A stretch of DNA of 64,000 nucleotides, taken from NCBI RefSeq assembly GCF_018977255.1, contig NW_024704742.1, positions 69,628,001-69,692,000 on the forward strand, written 5' to 3'. This DNA comes from Callorhinchus milii (Eukaryota). The notes below the pieces were generated by a model. It did not search any database. It had not been told where the DNA came from and saw only the letters and a list, made by a program, of their open reading frames with translations. A program made the position numbers and the translations under genes. Positions 63,806 through 64,000 of the stretch are shown here, in pieces (within the stretch, counting starts at the first letter, position 1; every line of letters begins with the position of its first letter).

Positions 63806-64000
63806 CTAATGAAGAGAATTTCTCATCGTTCAAGAGAGAGGTTGTTCATCTCAGCTTCAAGGTGAGTGAGAACATCTGGACGATACTCGTCTTGTAATTG
63901 ACCACACGCTGAAGATATATCCATACAATAATATGCCACAAAGCACAGTCACTACACTTCGGAGTATAACCGGTAAAGTCTTTGGGGACATCATCCTGAC

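Noticed and set aside
63805..63866. Possible exon ending in AAG|gtgagt
   Set aside because: No acceptor (an L2 tail lies directly upstream) and no recognisable protein similarity.

Overview
Eukaryotic, repeat-rich vertebrate DNA. The tRNA-derived SINE, L2 and CR1 content suggests a cartilaginous fish, possibly a chimaera (inference). One protein-coding gene can be assembled on the + strand: GDNF family receptor alpha 4 (gfra4). It has 8 coding exons (8597-8636, 36319-36597, 48065-48145, 48377-48722, 50703-50812, 53449-53583, 57907-58070, 59675-59815), all GT-AG and phase-compatible. The CDS is 1296 nt (431 aa): signal peptide, three Cys-rich domains D1-D3 and a hydrophobic GPI-type C-terminus. 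The introns hold a ~5 kb 14-bp satellite, large microsatellite tracts, many copies of two SINE families with L2-type tails, and CR1 and L2 fragments. They also hold one near-intact antisense L2 ORF2 (930 aa) and a recurrent ~600-700 bp non-coding repeat that I cannot classify. I see no clearly new biological system. The best leads are the unclassified retroposon-like repeat, the near-intact L2 with its SINE partners, and inverted LINE pairs bracketing in-frame-skippable gfra4 exons. Repeat boundaries are approximate and read by eye.
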